From: Octopus vulgaris | Lineage: Eukaryota | Assembly (NCBI GenBank): GCA_951406725.2 | Contig: OX597814.1 | Span: 102,362,001-102,426,000, forward strand | DNA: 64,000 bases | Direction: 5' to 3' | Part shown: positions 25,031 to 37,056 of the stretch, in pieces | How positions within the stretch are numbered: position 1 is the stretch's first letter | Layout: each line of letters begins with the position of its first letter | Translations under genes and position numbers: made by a program | The notes under the pieces: generated by a model | Databases searched by the model: none | Told to the model about the DNA's origin: nothing | Seen by the model: the letters and a program-made list of their open reading frames with translations, nothing else

Positions 25031-25407
25031 GAAATGAGTAACAAAGATATACAGGTGTCAATTCATTATGCCTGTTTCAAGCAACTCCTTTAATTGATCA
25101 ATGAAAACATTACATCATTTGAAAGAAACCATTCTCATCAGATGACTGCATAGACTTCAAATATAAAGAATACAACCATTTCCTTAATATATTGACATCA
25201 ATAATGGAACTCAAAATATTTACATTGCTTCTTTTGTCATATCTGTGGCAGAATGGTTGATGTGAAAATGTTAAGGAAATGGTTGTATCCTCCATGTTTG
25301 AAGTCTATGTGGTCATCAGATGAGAACAGTTTATTTCAAATGATGTAATGTTTTCGTTAATCAATTAAAGATGTCACTTACATCTGTACATTTTTGTTAC
25401 TCATTTA
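25031..25407. repeat. Fold-back (palindromic) MITE-like element with ~150-bp arms
   Basis: AAATGAGTAACAAAGATATACAGGTGT...AAAACATTACATCATTTGAAA...CAACCATTTCCTTAA pairs with TTAAGGAAATGGTTG...TTTCAAATGATGTAATGTTTT...ACATCTGTACATTTTTGTTACTCATTT. Confidence 0.85.
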
Positions 25408-25670
25408 TATTTTATTCACCTGACTTGGAATCTACACTTCGGAAATACTATAGAAGTACCTTTATTAAAAGTACATGTCTGAATTAGCAAGAGCGGATAT
25501 CTTCACTTAGCTGGGTTATGTTGCCTGCACACACAGCAGGAATATCAGGTACAAACACCCCTGCACGGAGTCTTGATATTCAATATTCAATTAATATTGT
25601 TTGGGTGTACAGATTATATAGACCTAGCAAGGTGTCTCAATTTAAGTACCTAATTCAATGGAATCTTAAT

Positions 25671-25728
<58 letters not shown>

Positions 25729-25729
25729 G

Positions 25730-26420
25730 ACGGGCAAGATCTTAACACTCTTGATTGCAGCCTCAGCTACCATGGTCTCCCATGAGTAGAGATCCTGATA
25801 GTACTCCACCCATGTCGCCTAAATATCTTATACCTGCACTGCCTCCAGAAAATCCTTGGCATCAAATGGCAGAATCATGTCCCCAACAAAGATGTCCTCA
25901 AGCAAGCAGGAATAACAAGCATGTTTGCACTCCTCACACAAAGACGTGAGATGGCTTGGACATGTTAGCCATATGGAAGATGGCAGAATCCCTAAGGACA
26001 TACTCTACAGAGAGCTTGCTAGGGGCACTAGGTCTGTGGGAAGACTGTTCTTATGATACAAGGATGTTTGCAAAAGGGACATACATGAAGGCCTGTGGCA
26101 TATTTATTAGCAACTGGGAAGCAGTTGCCAGCAACTGTGGAGATTAGTGATGTACCGTAAAAGAGGGAACACAAAGGAGTGACAGAGGGAGAGAGGAGAA
26201 ATGGAAAGATAAGAAAAGATGTCAACAAGAAACTATGACATTACAACCAGCCAGGCAAAGTCTTCGCTACATTTGCGGCACCTTTGTGTTTGTCCAGGAT
26301 AGGACTACACAGCCACAGCAGGAGATGTATTAGGACATGAAATGTAAAAGCTGGACTAGATTATTTTATGCGCAACTCCATTGTCTCCCAAGACAAAAAA
26401 GGATGCCAACAACAACAATA
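25730..26420 (+). mobile_element. RTE (BovB-like) LINE 3' fragment
   Basis: RWLGHVSHMEDGRIPKDILYRELARG...YKDVCK motif; ends GGATGCCAACAACAACAA. Confidence 0.85.
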
Positions 26421-28164
26421 TTTATATATATATATAGTGAAGATGCATGGCTTAGTGGTTAGGATAATCGACTCATGATTGTAAGGTCATGTGTTCGATT
26501 TCTGGGAGTGCATTGTGTCCTTGAGCAAGGCACTTTATTTTATGTTGCTCCAGTTCACTCCACTGGCAAAAGTGAATTGTACCTGTAATTGAAAGGGCCA
26601 ACCTTGTCACATTCTGTGTCATGTTGAATCTCTTCAAGAACTATGTTAAGGGTACATGTGTCTGTGGAGTGCTGTCACTTTCACGTTAATTTCAGGAGCA
26701 GGCTGTTATGTTGATTGGATCAGCTGAAGCCCATGGAATGCCAGTTTAGTTTATGTGTGTGTGTGTGTCCGTGTCTGTGTGTGAGTGTGTGTGTGTGTGT
26801 GTAATAATTTGAACATTTGAAAATAGCTATATTTATTTCAAGGTATTTCTCTCTAAGAAAATGAAGAATCTCATTGTACTTGTAGCATGTGTATTCTATC
26901 TATAGATGTAGTTAAAAGTCTCCTCTCTTTCATGTGGCATAATTTTCTTTTCCATTTACTATCTTTACTGTTTCTTAATGAACAAAGCATTTTCATTCTA
27001 GTGCTTCTCACTAAAAGATAATACACCACACCAACTTATATTGATAACTGAGAAAGAAACCCAATGCAAATTCTATTCTTACACTCGCAGTTAAATGCTC
27101 TGTTTTTTCTCTATATTCTAATTTATTTCTTGAATTGTCTGCTGTTTGTTTATTTTTCTCTCTTTCCAGAATAAATGTCACATGGTTATTTCTAAAAATA
27201 TAACTAGATTGGGTTTTACAGGCTGCCACTCAAAGATAAAATAAACTTAAAAAGGGTAGAAAAGAAAAGGTCAAACAATGTATCAGGAAAACGTTCCTTG
27301 TTTGCCAGATGTTGTATATTTTAATTGTGAAATGATTATATTATTATGTAATTTTCTTTTGTTTTCACTGTATGTAGGTAAAGGTTAAGATAGAGAGGCG
27401 GGGTATTTATGAGCTCATTCAAAGGTAGATTCAAGCCTTAATTTTAATATCTAAACAATTCACATAATATTTCATTCATCTTAATCAACTTTGCTGAAAA
27501 TGAGGTATTCTTTTCATTTCATCGTTGAATGGCAGGTACCCAACTGTGAAATGCTTCTAATTTATGAAAATATATCAGTGTTCAGGACCATTAAATCTAT
27601 GAACACCCTGCCCAAAACAACAAAAATAAACATTAAGTAAAAGGAAGATATAAATATTTATTTCCCTTTGTTCATTGCTTTTTATCTTTCAGTAGATTAA
27701 AAAGTGATAAATAAAAGAAGTTAAATGGCTCCAGCCCAGAACAAATAGACCTGTTGCTTACTATGCTATTATTTAGCCCAGGTTATGGCAACAAGTTTTT
27801 AGAATTGTTAGGCAATCAGACAAAATGCTTAGCAGCATTTCTTCTGGCTCTTTATGTTCTGGGTTGATTCTGCCTTTCATGCTTTAGGTGGTGAAAGGTG
27901 GGCTGATAAAATAAATACCAGTAGAACACTGGGGTCAACATAATTGACTTACCCACCCCCTTAAAATTGCTGACCATGCACCAAAATTTAAAACCATTAT
28001 TTGGCCCAGGTTAGGCAGCAAATTAGCATAGACATTAGAGTGTCCGATAAAATACCTGGCAGTATTTGCTCTGTCGCTCTGAGTTCAAATCCTGCCATGG
28101 TTAACTTTGTTTACAATCCTTTTAGAGTTGATAAATTTTCAGACCAATGGATTGGCAGAAAAAA

Positions 28165-28415
28165 TAAATAAATGCGCCCTTTTAAAGCCTAGCCAGGCTC
28201 ATGGACCCGGTTTCTATGGCGTATGTGTTCCCCAGCTGGACGGGACGCCAGTTCATTGCAGTGTTACTCATTTTTGCCAGCTGAGTGGCCTGCAGCAACG
28301 TGAAATAAAGTGTTTTGCTCAAGAACACAACACATTGCCTGGTCCAGGAATCGAAACCACAATGTTAGGATCATGATGCTGACACCTTAACTTCTAAGCC
28401 ACACGCCTCCACATA
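28165..28415 (-). mobile_element. SINE family C copy (tail variant 3)
   Basis: Same tRNA head and CORE-like block as 7245 and 4863, followed by CTGCAATGAACTGGCGTCCCGTCCAG and a (TTTA)n tail. Related copy at ~18905-19155. Confidence 0.78.
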
Positions 28416-29120
28416 ATGGATTGGCAGAACTGTAAGAATATTGAACTGGATGTCTTGTTTTGTTCCAGTTTACTGCGTTCTGAGTTCAAATCCTGTTGGG
28501 GCTTAATTGGGTGGTAGATTTACTTCATCACCTGTTTTAACACAGCTACCTTGCATACTGAGTGCTTCCAATAGAATATATTCTATTGTAAGCATTCAGG
28601 CCATACCTTTAGTTTGAAGATAGCTTTCTTCCCTCCTTCCAATCAGTCTCAGAAATTTTATGATCATTGCCTTCCTTTCATCATGAAAAAAGTGTGTTGT
28701 GTGTAAGTATTTATATATAGTAGTACTCAAAAAATTCAAACTTAGTCTCTGATGTCTTTGCTGGGGATCATTCCATAAAGTAAAGAAAGGCTATTAGAGG
28801 GATCAAGTTGAGTGGGTATAGGCAATTATGTGGATAAACAAATTAGATACATCAAATATATTAAATATATTATACAAAATATGTATATATGTATACGTGC
28901 AAAATGTGAGAATGCAAAAGGTGGAGACTTTCAGAAGATGAATTTTTAAGTATAAATATATTGATGTTTATGTTTCAACTTACACAGAGTACAAACAACA
29001 AAGAAAATCAAAGTGGCAGAAGAAAGGTGTTAAAAGTCCAACAGCTGTTTCTGGGGACTTGGTGATCCATAATAATGTTGGTAGGTTTAATTCATCACAA
29101 AATGCAGCCATATGGATGCA

Positions 29121-29156
<36 letters not shown>

Positions 29157-29344
29157 GTTTGGGTGTGCCTTTGTGTTCGTCCCCGCAATACCATATAGCA
29201 ACCAGTGTTGGTTTATTTAAGTCTCTGTAACTTAACAGTTTGGCAAAAGAGACCAATAGAATAAGTACTGGGGTTGATTTGTTTGATTAAAACTCCTTCA
29301 TGGTTTTAATCCTAGCATGGCTGAGGTTCAGTGATTGAAACAAA

Positions 29345-29805
29345 TCTCTATATATATAAATGGCAAAATGTGTGTGTGTGTGTGTGTGTGTGCGTGTGTG
29401 CGCGCGCGCGTGTCCTTTATACAAATCCACAATTTTTCAGTTAGAGGGCTCGCACTTTCTATGGTGATTCAAAACCGTCCAAGGGTGGTCGTGCACATCT
29501 TTACATTTCCCCAGTCATTAAAAAATTAAGCCATTAAAAAATATCTTTAATTTTAATGAGTTGTTTGTTGTTGGTGGGGAGAATTAGTTTAGTGAATTTA
29601 TTGAAGTATCAATGTATATGTTGGATTTTTTTTGTTAATTTTTTTATGTTTATGATGTGGGTTGTATCAATGATTGCGGAAACTCATCGAGCTCCTTTTG
29701 ATTTTGCTGAGGGTGAGAGTCAGAATTGGTTTCTGGTTTTAATGTTGAATATGGGGCAGTAGGTTTTGGCTGAGTATAGAAATCGTTGCTGGGTCATAGT
29801 GCTAG
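29345..29805 (+). mobile_element. Non-autonomous Helitron-type element containing a mitochondrial ND1 fragment
   Basis: A|TCTCTATATATATAAA 5' end and GGGTCATAGTGCTAG|T 3' end (TC...CTAG between A and T). Same architecture as the 46549-47064 element. Subterminal hairpin only half preserved. Confidence 0.7.
29545..29768 (+). pseudogene. ND1: NUMT: mitochondrial NADH dehydrogenase subunit 1 fragment
   Basis: [20 protein letters not shown], then after a 2-nt frameshift [16 protein letters not shown], is the universally conserved ND1 motif. T/G-rich mitochondrial-like composition. Confidence 0.95.
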
Positions 29806-30397
29806 TAAAAGATAAAACAAGTAAAGGGATCATTAGAGATAGTATTTTGTAACAACTTCGAAGGATTTTGTTGTGTATTGTTCAGAAATAGAGAGGGTGA
29901 GCTGCCAGTATGTGTTCTGATTGTGCTGTGGAAAGAGACACAGTCGTTATCTCCTTATTGAAGGATTCTCATGAGGATTCTGTTTGTGGCATAATAAGTT
30001 TGTTTGCTAAAAAGGGCATTAGGTTGCATGTGGCTGACAGTTGTGTTCAGAAGATTAAGGAGGTGTGAAACATAAATAACCATCTGCATAGGAATATGTG
30101 TGTTGTTAGCAGGAACAGCAAGTAGATTTATATATATATATTTAGAAGGAAGAGGTGTTTGGAACATTACCAGACCTTGAGGGTTGTACATTTATGTCAT
30201 CATCATCATCATCAGCAGCAGCAGCAGCAGAATCATCAGAATCAGAATCAGAATCACTACCATCACCACCATACAATGTTGCACTTCGTTCCCAAGTGTC
30301 ATATACTCTGCCTTTCACTAAGTGAGAGAATCTCTTTGTTGTTAATAGAGATAATAGCTCCTTAAATATTTTCCACCTTATTTTACTTTAGCTACCG

Positions 30398-30433
<36 letters not shown>

Positions 30434-31049
30434 ACGCACAAGTGTTTGTGTGTGTGCATGCATATTTGCATGTGTGTACAAAGCATGAAAGGACTAACAA
30501 AGGCAAAATAAAAAGGGTTTCCTTGGTCCTGTTTGTGATGATCTCTTTAAATTAACAAAGCTGTTTGTTGCCATGTGTGTTAGACAATTAAATACTGCAA
30601 TAAAAAATGAGATGCTACGAAATCTGTCCAACCCATGCCAGCATGCAAAGCAAAGGAGAGGAAAAATAGTGTAAAATTATAATTTTGTTTCTTTTTCAAA
30701 TATTGTAAGGTCATTTTCTTAGCTAAAGTAGTGGTGATGGTGGTTGCAGGGGAGGTTAGACTTGCAGACCCCATAACAGTTTTCTCCAAATTATGCTCAT
30801 CAAGGTTTCCTTTATTTGAAGTAGTATTTTATGGCCAGATGCCCTTCCCAATACCAACCCTTTTAGACATATCTATATTCAAGGATACAGTGTACTTCTT
30901 CTAAAACTGGGGTATACACATGATGTCAATATTTTCATTCTTGTCATGAAAGAAATGATAGAACCATGATGTTAATGTTCTTTGCTTGGCTTCTTCATGT
31001 AGCTATTCTAAGAGAGAAAGGGTAGGAAGAAGAAGAGAAATGATGAGAA

Positions 31050-31053
31050 TAAC

Positions 31054-31137
<84 letters not shown>

Positions 31138-31211
31138 AACTGTCTGTCTATCTGCCTGTCTGCTTCTCTCTCTCTCTCTATCTATCTATTATCTAATTAT
31201 CTATCTATCTA

Positions 31212-31251
<40 letters not shown>

Positions 31252-31265
31252 TCTGCCTGCCTGCT

Positions 31266-31296
<31 letters not shown>

Positions 31297-31353
31297 GTTA
31301 TCTAATTATCGATCTATCTATCTATCTATCTGTCTGTCTGTCTATCTGTCTAC

Positions 31354-31384
<31 letters not shown>

Positions 31385-31385
31385 A
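31050..31385. repeat. Compound (ATCT)n/(TA)n/(CT)n/(CTGT)n microsatellite with an internal ~110-bp duplication
   Basis: ATCTGCCTG.CTGCTTCTCTC...TATCTAATTATC occurs twice. Confidence 0.9.
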
Positions 31386-31419
31386 TTAATTGAAGTGTAC
31401 AGTATTATATATACATTAC

Positions 31420-31551
31420 AGCTGATCTTAACAGTTGGTTTTGCATGAGGGGTTCAACAGATTGTTAGATAACAGCCTGATTATGTAACCCTGTGCTCTT
31501 ATCTAGCATTCTGTTCAACTCCTAGTGCAAAACCAATTGGTAAGATCAGCC
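31420..31551. repeat. Small palindromic MITE-like element
   Basis: GCTGATCTTAACAGTTGGTTTTGCA...GTTAGATAA pairs with TTATCTAGC...TGCAAAACCAATTGGTAAGATCAGC. Confidence 0.8.
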
Positions 31552-31651
31552 AATTAATATACCTATTCTGTTAATATACTTACTCTGTTGACAAATATAT
31601 GAATGCATATATTTTCTAACTTGTGTATTCTTAGCTCTACACACACACACA

Positions 31652-31690
<39 letters not shown>

Positions 31691-32192
31691 TATACATCAT
31701 ACACACACACACACACACACACACATATTTATATTTACATACAGTGGAACCCACTTATAATCATGTATGTGTTCTGATTGTGCTGAAGTAGTTATTATTA
31801 TTGAAATTAGTGGATCCTAAACACACTTCTCTGCTTAATATTAAAGCCTCCATTCCAAAATGATTGCAATGAATGATTTAAACTATATCCTCCTCATCAT
31901 CATCATCATCAACAACACCATCACCATCATTACTATCATCATTTTATGTTTGTTTTCCATGCTGTTGTGAGATTTGAACATTTCATCAGTCTCATTCAGT
32001 TTGAAGTTATTGCTCTCCTAGATGGGTCAGGGATTACGTCTGCTATTACATTATTCACTTTGGTATGATGATACCAATAGTAGAGAGGTTGTCCTGTCAA
32101 CGGCCAGATAAGACCAAGGCTCTCTTGACCAATATATGGAGATCCTCTCTTTCACTCTGTCTGTCTATCTCTCTCAGTATGTATGTGTGTGT

Positions 32193-33960
32193 ATCATCAT
32201 CCTCATTTTCATTTAATATCCATTTTCCATGCTGGCTTGGGTTGGATGGTTTGACTGGAGCCAGTGAGCCGGAGAGCTGCTTGAGGTTCCAATTGTTTGT
32301 TCTGGAATGATTTCTATGGCTGGATGCCCTTCCTAATGTCAACTGCTTTACAGAGTGTACTGGGTGCTTTTAAGGTGGCACCAGCACCCGCAGGGTCACC
32401 AAGTAGCTTGCAATTCAAAGACCTCTTAGCTGTGAGAGGGAGTAGAACTGAGAGAAGTGGCTGTATGTCAAGTGAGAGGTTAGAGATAATAGAGGGACAG
32501 AAATAGTTGTCTTACTATAGAGGAGATACTTGGGTACCCCAGTAGGACAAGGAAGGAGAGGGAGGTGGGAGAGTGTTAGAGAGAAAGATAAACAGAGTGA
32601 TAGAGGGAGAGCCTACCCACAAAGAACAGTAGTTGGTGTAGTATAAGTAGTACAGGGGTATAGAGGTGATGTTCCATAAGAGTGTAAGGGAAGATGTTTA
32701 AGGATAGAAAGTGATGGTAAGAGGAATTGAAGTAGCTGGAAATTGGGGGTATGGTAGTTATGTGAGGGCGTGGAGAGTGTGCAGATTGGCGTGTGTGGGA
32801 GAGTGGAAGGCCTGCAGTGGGTGGTGGGGGCATCAGGAAAATGGGTTGTGGGGAAGTTTTGCCAGAGAACAGAATTATGTATGTGTGCAAGTGAAGGGAA
32901 GGACATGGCTGTAAAGGACATGCCTGTATGTATGGATAGCCATGATTTTACTTAGCTTGATAAGTCTTCTCAAACACAGCAAACTGCCAGAAGTCATTGC
33001 CCCTTGTCATCTCCTCTGTGAGGGTCACCATCTGAACATCATTTCTCATCACTTCAGTCCATGTTTTCCTGGGTCTACCCCTTCTACAGGTTCCCTCTAC
33101 AATTAGAGGTTAACACTTCTTTATGCAGTTGTCCTCATCCCGATGTATCACATGACCATACCAGCACACACTTCTCTCCTGCACACTACATCTGATACCT
33201 CTTTAACCCAATTTCTCTCTTAAATCATTTACACTCTGTTACACATGCACACTGACATTACCCATCTAGTGGATCATGCTGGCTTCATTTCTTTCAAGCC
33301 TTCGCATGTCCCCTGTAGTCATCACCCGTGTTTCACAGGCATCATACAATCTACCTTTCACTCTGAGGAAGAGACCTTTTGTTACCAGCAAGCTCTCTGA
33401 ACTTTACCCAGCCCATTCTTATTCTAGTAATTATGTTTTCAGTGCTTCCTCCTTAGCAGTGCTTTACTGCTAAGTTGGTCACCTAGGTAATGGAAATTAT
33501 CTAATACTTCTAAATATAACCCCCTTCCCACCAGACATTTGAAGAACTCTATTTTCTATGCATTTTTAGTGCTTATTGTACCTGCATATCTGCTACACAC
33601 AAAAAAGTATTTTCTCTGTTAGGTTTCTTGCACCCTTTACATGTCCATCGCTTGCACTGTGCACACTGTATGGAGTTTCTACCAATACCTTTTTTACATA
33701 TCAGGGCCATCTCCTTGAAGGGATTTGAGACTAGTCTGTTTTCTTAGTTACTCATTCTCAAGGCCCTTTGATTCCAGACCTTGCTTCTACACCTGAAATT
33801 TCTTCTAGTTCTGGTAGTGATTCACCAGTAAGAACAGGGTCATCAGCAGAGAGGAGCTCTCAAGGACAGCCGGTATTAAATTCTTCGAGAAGATTATGAG
33901 AAACAAGAGAGAACTGAGAACTGATCCTTGATGAATTCCTACCTATACACTAAATTCTCC
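32193..33960 (-). mobile_element. 5'-truncated RTE-clade LINE (RT C-terminal half, long 3' UTR, family-D tail)
   Basis: Minus strand: VGIHQGSVLSSLLF, GCP*ELLSADDPVL (YADD equivalent), KQGLESKGL, WYGHVIHRDEDNCIKK...VEGTCRRGRPRKTW. The 3' end carries the GGAAGGGCATCCAGCC...AACCCAAGCCAGCATGGAAAATGGA tail. Confidence 0.88.
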
Positions 33961-34014
33961 ATGTGTGTGTGTGTGTGTATATCATCATCATCATCATCAT
34001 TTAATATATATATA

Positions 34015-34443
34015 GGCGCAGGAGTGGCTGTGTGGTAAGTAGCTTGCTAACCAACCACATGGTTCCGGGTTCAGTCCCACTGCGCGGCATCTTGGGCAAG
34101 TGTCTTCTGCTATAGCCCCGGGCCGACCAATGCCTTGTGAGTGGATTTGGTAGATGGAAACTGAAAGAAGCCTGTCGTATATATGTATATATATATATAT
34201 AAGTGTGTGTGTATATGTTTGTGTGTCTGTGTTTGTCCCCCTAGCATTGCTTGACAACCGATGCTGGTGTGTTTACGTCCCCGTCACTTAGCGGTTCGGC
34301 AAAAGAGACCGATAGAATAAGTACTGGGCTTACAAAGAATAAGTCCCGGGGTCGATTTGCTCGACTAAAGGCGGTGCTCCAGCATGGCCGCAGTCAAATG
34401 ACTGAAACAAGTAAAAGAGTAAAAGAGTAAAGAGTAAAGAGTA
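34015..34443 (+). mobile_element. Reference-quality SINE-A copy (tRNA-derived, CORE-like block, (GTAAAAGA)n tail)
   Basis: Box A TGGCTGTGTGG, box B GGTTCAGTCCC, intact CpGs and tandem tail. Further copies at ~40150-40545(+), 49575-49940(-), 51310-51643(+), 53326-53744(-), 58825-59180(-) and 59741-60378(+, interrupted by SINE-B). Confidence 0.93.
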
Positions 34444-34943
34444 TGTTTGTAAATTCACTCCTGGCCTAAACACTTGTACAAACATGTATCACATATGTAG
34501 TTAACAAAATATGCTTTTGCTTATTCATATATACTTACATGTGAACAAATAAATACAAAATATGTAAAAAAAAAAAAAATACAAGGTTAACAGTCCAAGG
34601 ATTGATGAGACATTTGTATTTTTATTACTCAGTCATTGGTACTTCATTTGATTGGCATCATTTATGTTAGAAAATTCTGAAATAATAATTAAGTAAAAAA
34701 AAAAAATACAGCAAAAATAACTTAACCAGGCAAAATACATGTCGTGGTCCACCACTCTGAACTCTTAAACATATTATATCTCTAAATCTATTTTTGCCAG
34801 TCATTGACATATGGCTTCAGATGTATTTTAGAACCAAGTCACATAGAGCTAGTGCACACATTTGGTAGTTCTTTATTTTAACAACATAATTATTTATACA
34901 GATGATATATTTATCAAATTGTGTGTGTTTGTGTGTGTGTGTG

Positions 34944-34976
<33 letters not shown>

Positions 34977-35479
34977 GAAGAACAGAATTCTGAACCAGAA
35001 TCTGTTGTCACACATGGCTTAAGTGTAAAGGTCACATGTTCTAACAGGATGGGGAGTGAACAATAAACAAACTATATATGTAGCAAGGGTTAGGAGGAAA
35101 AAGCATATTGTAATTTGATATTTGAATTAAAACCATAAGCAATTCTAACTCTAATTATGTATGAATTTGTATGTATTTTGTGTGTGTCTTTTCATGTACA
35201 TTTGTGTAAAATATATCTATATTTGTATGTGAAGGTTTTTTGGCCTAGTGGCTAGGGATTTGGCTCATGATCATTGGGTAGTGGGTTTAATTCTTGGACC
35301 AGGGTAGTGCATTGTGTCCTTCAGTCATTACACATCGCTCCAGTCTACTCAGCTGAGAATGATGTAGCTCTCTATCCCACCAGCTCTCACACTCAAAAAG
35401 GATGAAAGGGTATCTATATTTGTTCATTGACCTCATAGGCACATAAAACAATCAATGAAAATATATACATGTTAGACAA

Positions 35480-35850
35480 GGTCCAGCCCTTGTGGTACAG
35501 TGACATGTGTGTCTCAGTGACACTGAGAACTATGGAGTGCAAGCTCCTGGTGGAGCCTCTTATGCTGGACAGGTTAAAGGGTAGGGGCTAGATTAATATG
35601 GACCATGTCTTCGCAGAAGTAAAAATGTGTTTGTATTGGGCTAACACCCCTCCTTAGCAAAAAGCAAATTTACAGAAGCACAGATGACAATTCAAAATTA
35701 ACAAGACCTGGGAGAGGAAGACCTTCCCCCAGGGACATATGATGCAGTGCAACAAAATCCAAGAGTTAGAAATGAAAAAGCAAGGATCCAACTGGAAGGA
35801 AACAGAAAAACAACCCAGAGTCAAGAACATCAACCTCTAGTTTACAGATG
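35480..35850 (+). mobile_element. Probable 5' UTR of an RTE (REX3/Expander-like) LINE
   Basis: Motif order CTGAGAACTATG...CTCCTGGTGGAGCCTCTTATGCTGGACAGGTTAAAGGGTAGGGGCTAGA...GGGCTAACACCCCT resembles RTE 5' leaders as I recall them. No ORF support. Confidence 0.45.
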
Positions 35851-37017
35851 TACTGGTTCTTCTCTCTCCTTTTCCCCTATTGCTACCACAGTGTCTTCTT
35901 TATCAGTACCTACTTGTCCTGTTCACCTTTCCTTATCACCTTTTTTATTATGTCTCTCCTCCCAGATCCTACTTTGTCCAGTCCTTGCTATACAGAATTG
36001 CTACACCCTGGAAATTTGTTTATATCTGTAATCAGTGACCTATAGCTCTTCAAGTTGAATGGCAACCACATGAATCTCACTGGTTGCAAAGAGCATGCAG
36101 AGTTCATGAGAACTGCTCCCTCTCCTTTGACCTTTGTCTTATAGAAAAGGGTAAAAATTAAACAAAACAAAAAAGCTTAAATCAAATATATGAATGACAG
36201 TGATCTCATAGGCTAATTATTCTGATAGATATAAAACATTCTCAATTTGTTGTTAACAGTAAATCCTGAGTAATCCTTGTCATTAATCCACAGTCAGGGA
36301 CTCAGCATGACATACATTTCATTCAATGAAAAGCTGATCAATTAACTATTCTGAAGTTAAAGCTTATGTAGGATTGAAGTAATTATTCATTCTATTCTCT
36401 GTTAGTATTCTATTCTATCAAATTAGCTATTGAATCATCTTTATTTTTCTCTCTATATATTTTGTAGCTACCTTGCTAAATTCATATGTTGAATGGGTTT
36501 ACAAATTTTTACCTTTGCAAAACATAGCAGAGTATGTATATTGTCAATAGTAGATATTTTAATGCTAACAGCTGTTTTTATGAAATATGCTCATTCATTT
36601 TTCTATTTCATATCCATTTTACCCTGAAAGGATGGAAGGCAAAGTCAACCTCAGCGGAATTTGAACTCAGAAATACCTATTTCTTTACTACCCAAAAGGG
36701 GCTAAACACAGAGAGGACAAACGGATTAAGCCAATTATATTGACCCCAGTGCGTAACTGGTACTTAATTTATCGGCCCCAATAGGATGAAAGGCGAAGTC
36801 GACCTCTGCGGAATTTGAACTCAGAACATAATGGCAGATGAAATACCTCTAAGCATTTCGCCTAGCAGGCTAACGATTCTGCCAGCTCGCAATGGCAGTT
36901 AGTGACTCTTCCTCCAACAAGGAAAGATAATTTCAAAAATATTGAAGATTAATCTCACAAAATTAATTTATTTGTTTAGGGGAAATTTTATTTTATTTTC
37001 AGCCTAACATACAGCTC

Positions 37018-37056
37018 CAGGCATGTTTCAGTTTTAATGAACTTCATCAGAATGAC
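37018..37056 (-). ncRNA. Degenerate minimal hammerhead ribozyme motif
   Basis: Minus strand CTGATGA-[AGTT CATTAA AACT]-GAAA-CATG-CC: intact core and stem II, palindromic stem III. The cleavage-triplet U is mutated and stem I does not pair. Confidence 0.45.

Noticed and set aside
29545-29768. Window being mitochondrial or contaminant DNA
   Set aside because: The ND1 piece is short, frameshifted and embedded in nuclear repeats.
34015-34090. SINE heads as genuine tRNA genes
   Set aside because: Box A/B are present, but they continue into SINE bodies and lack a proper cloverleaf and terminator.
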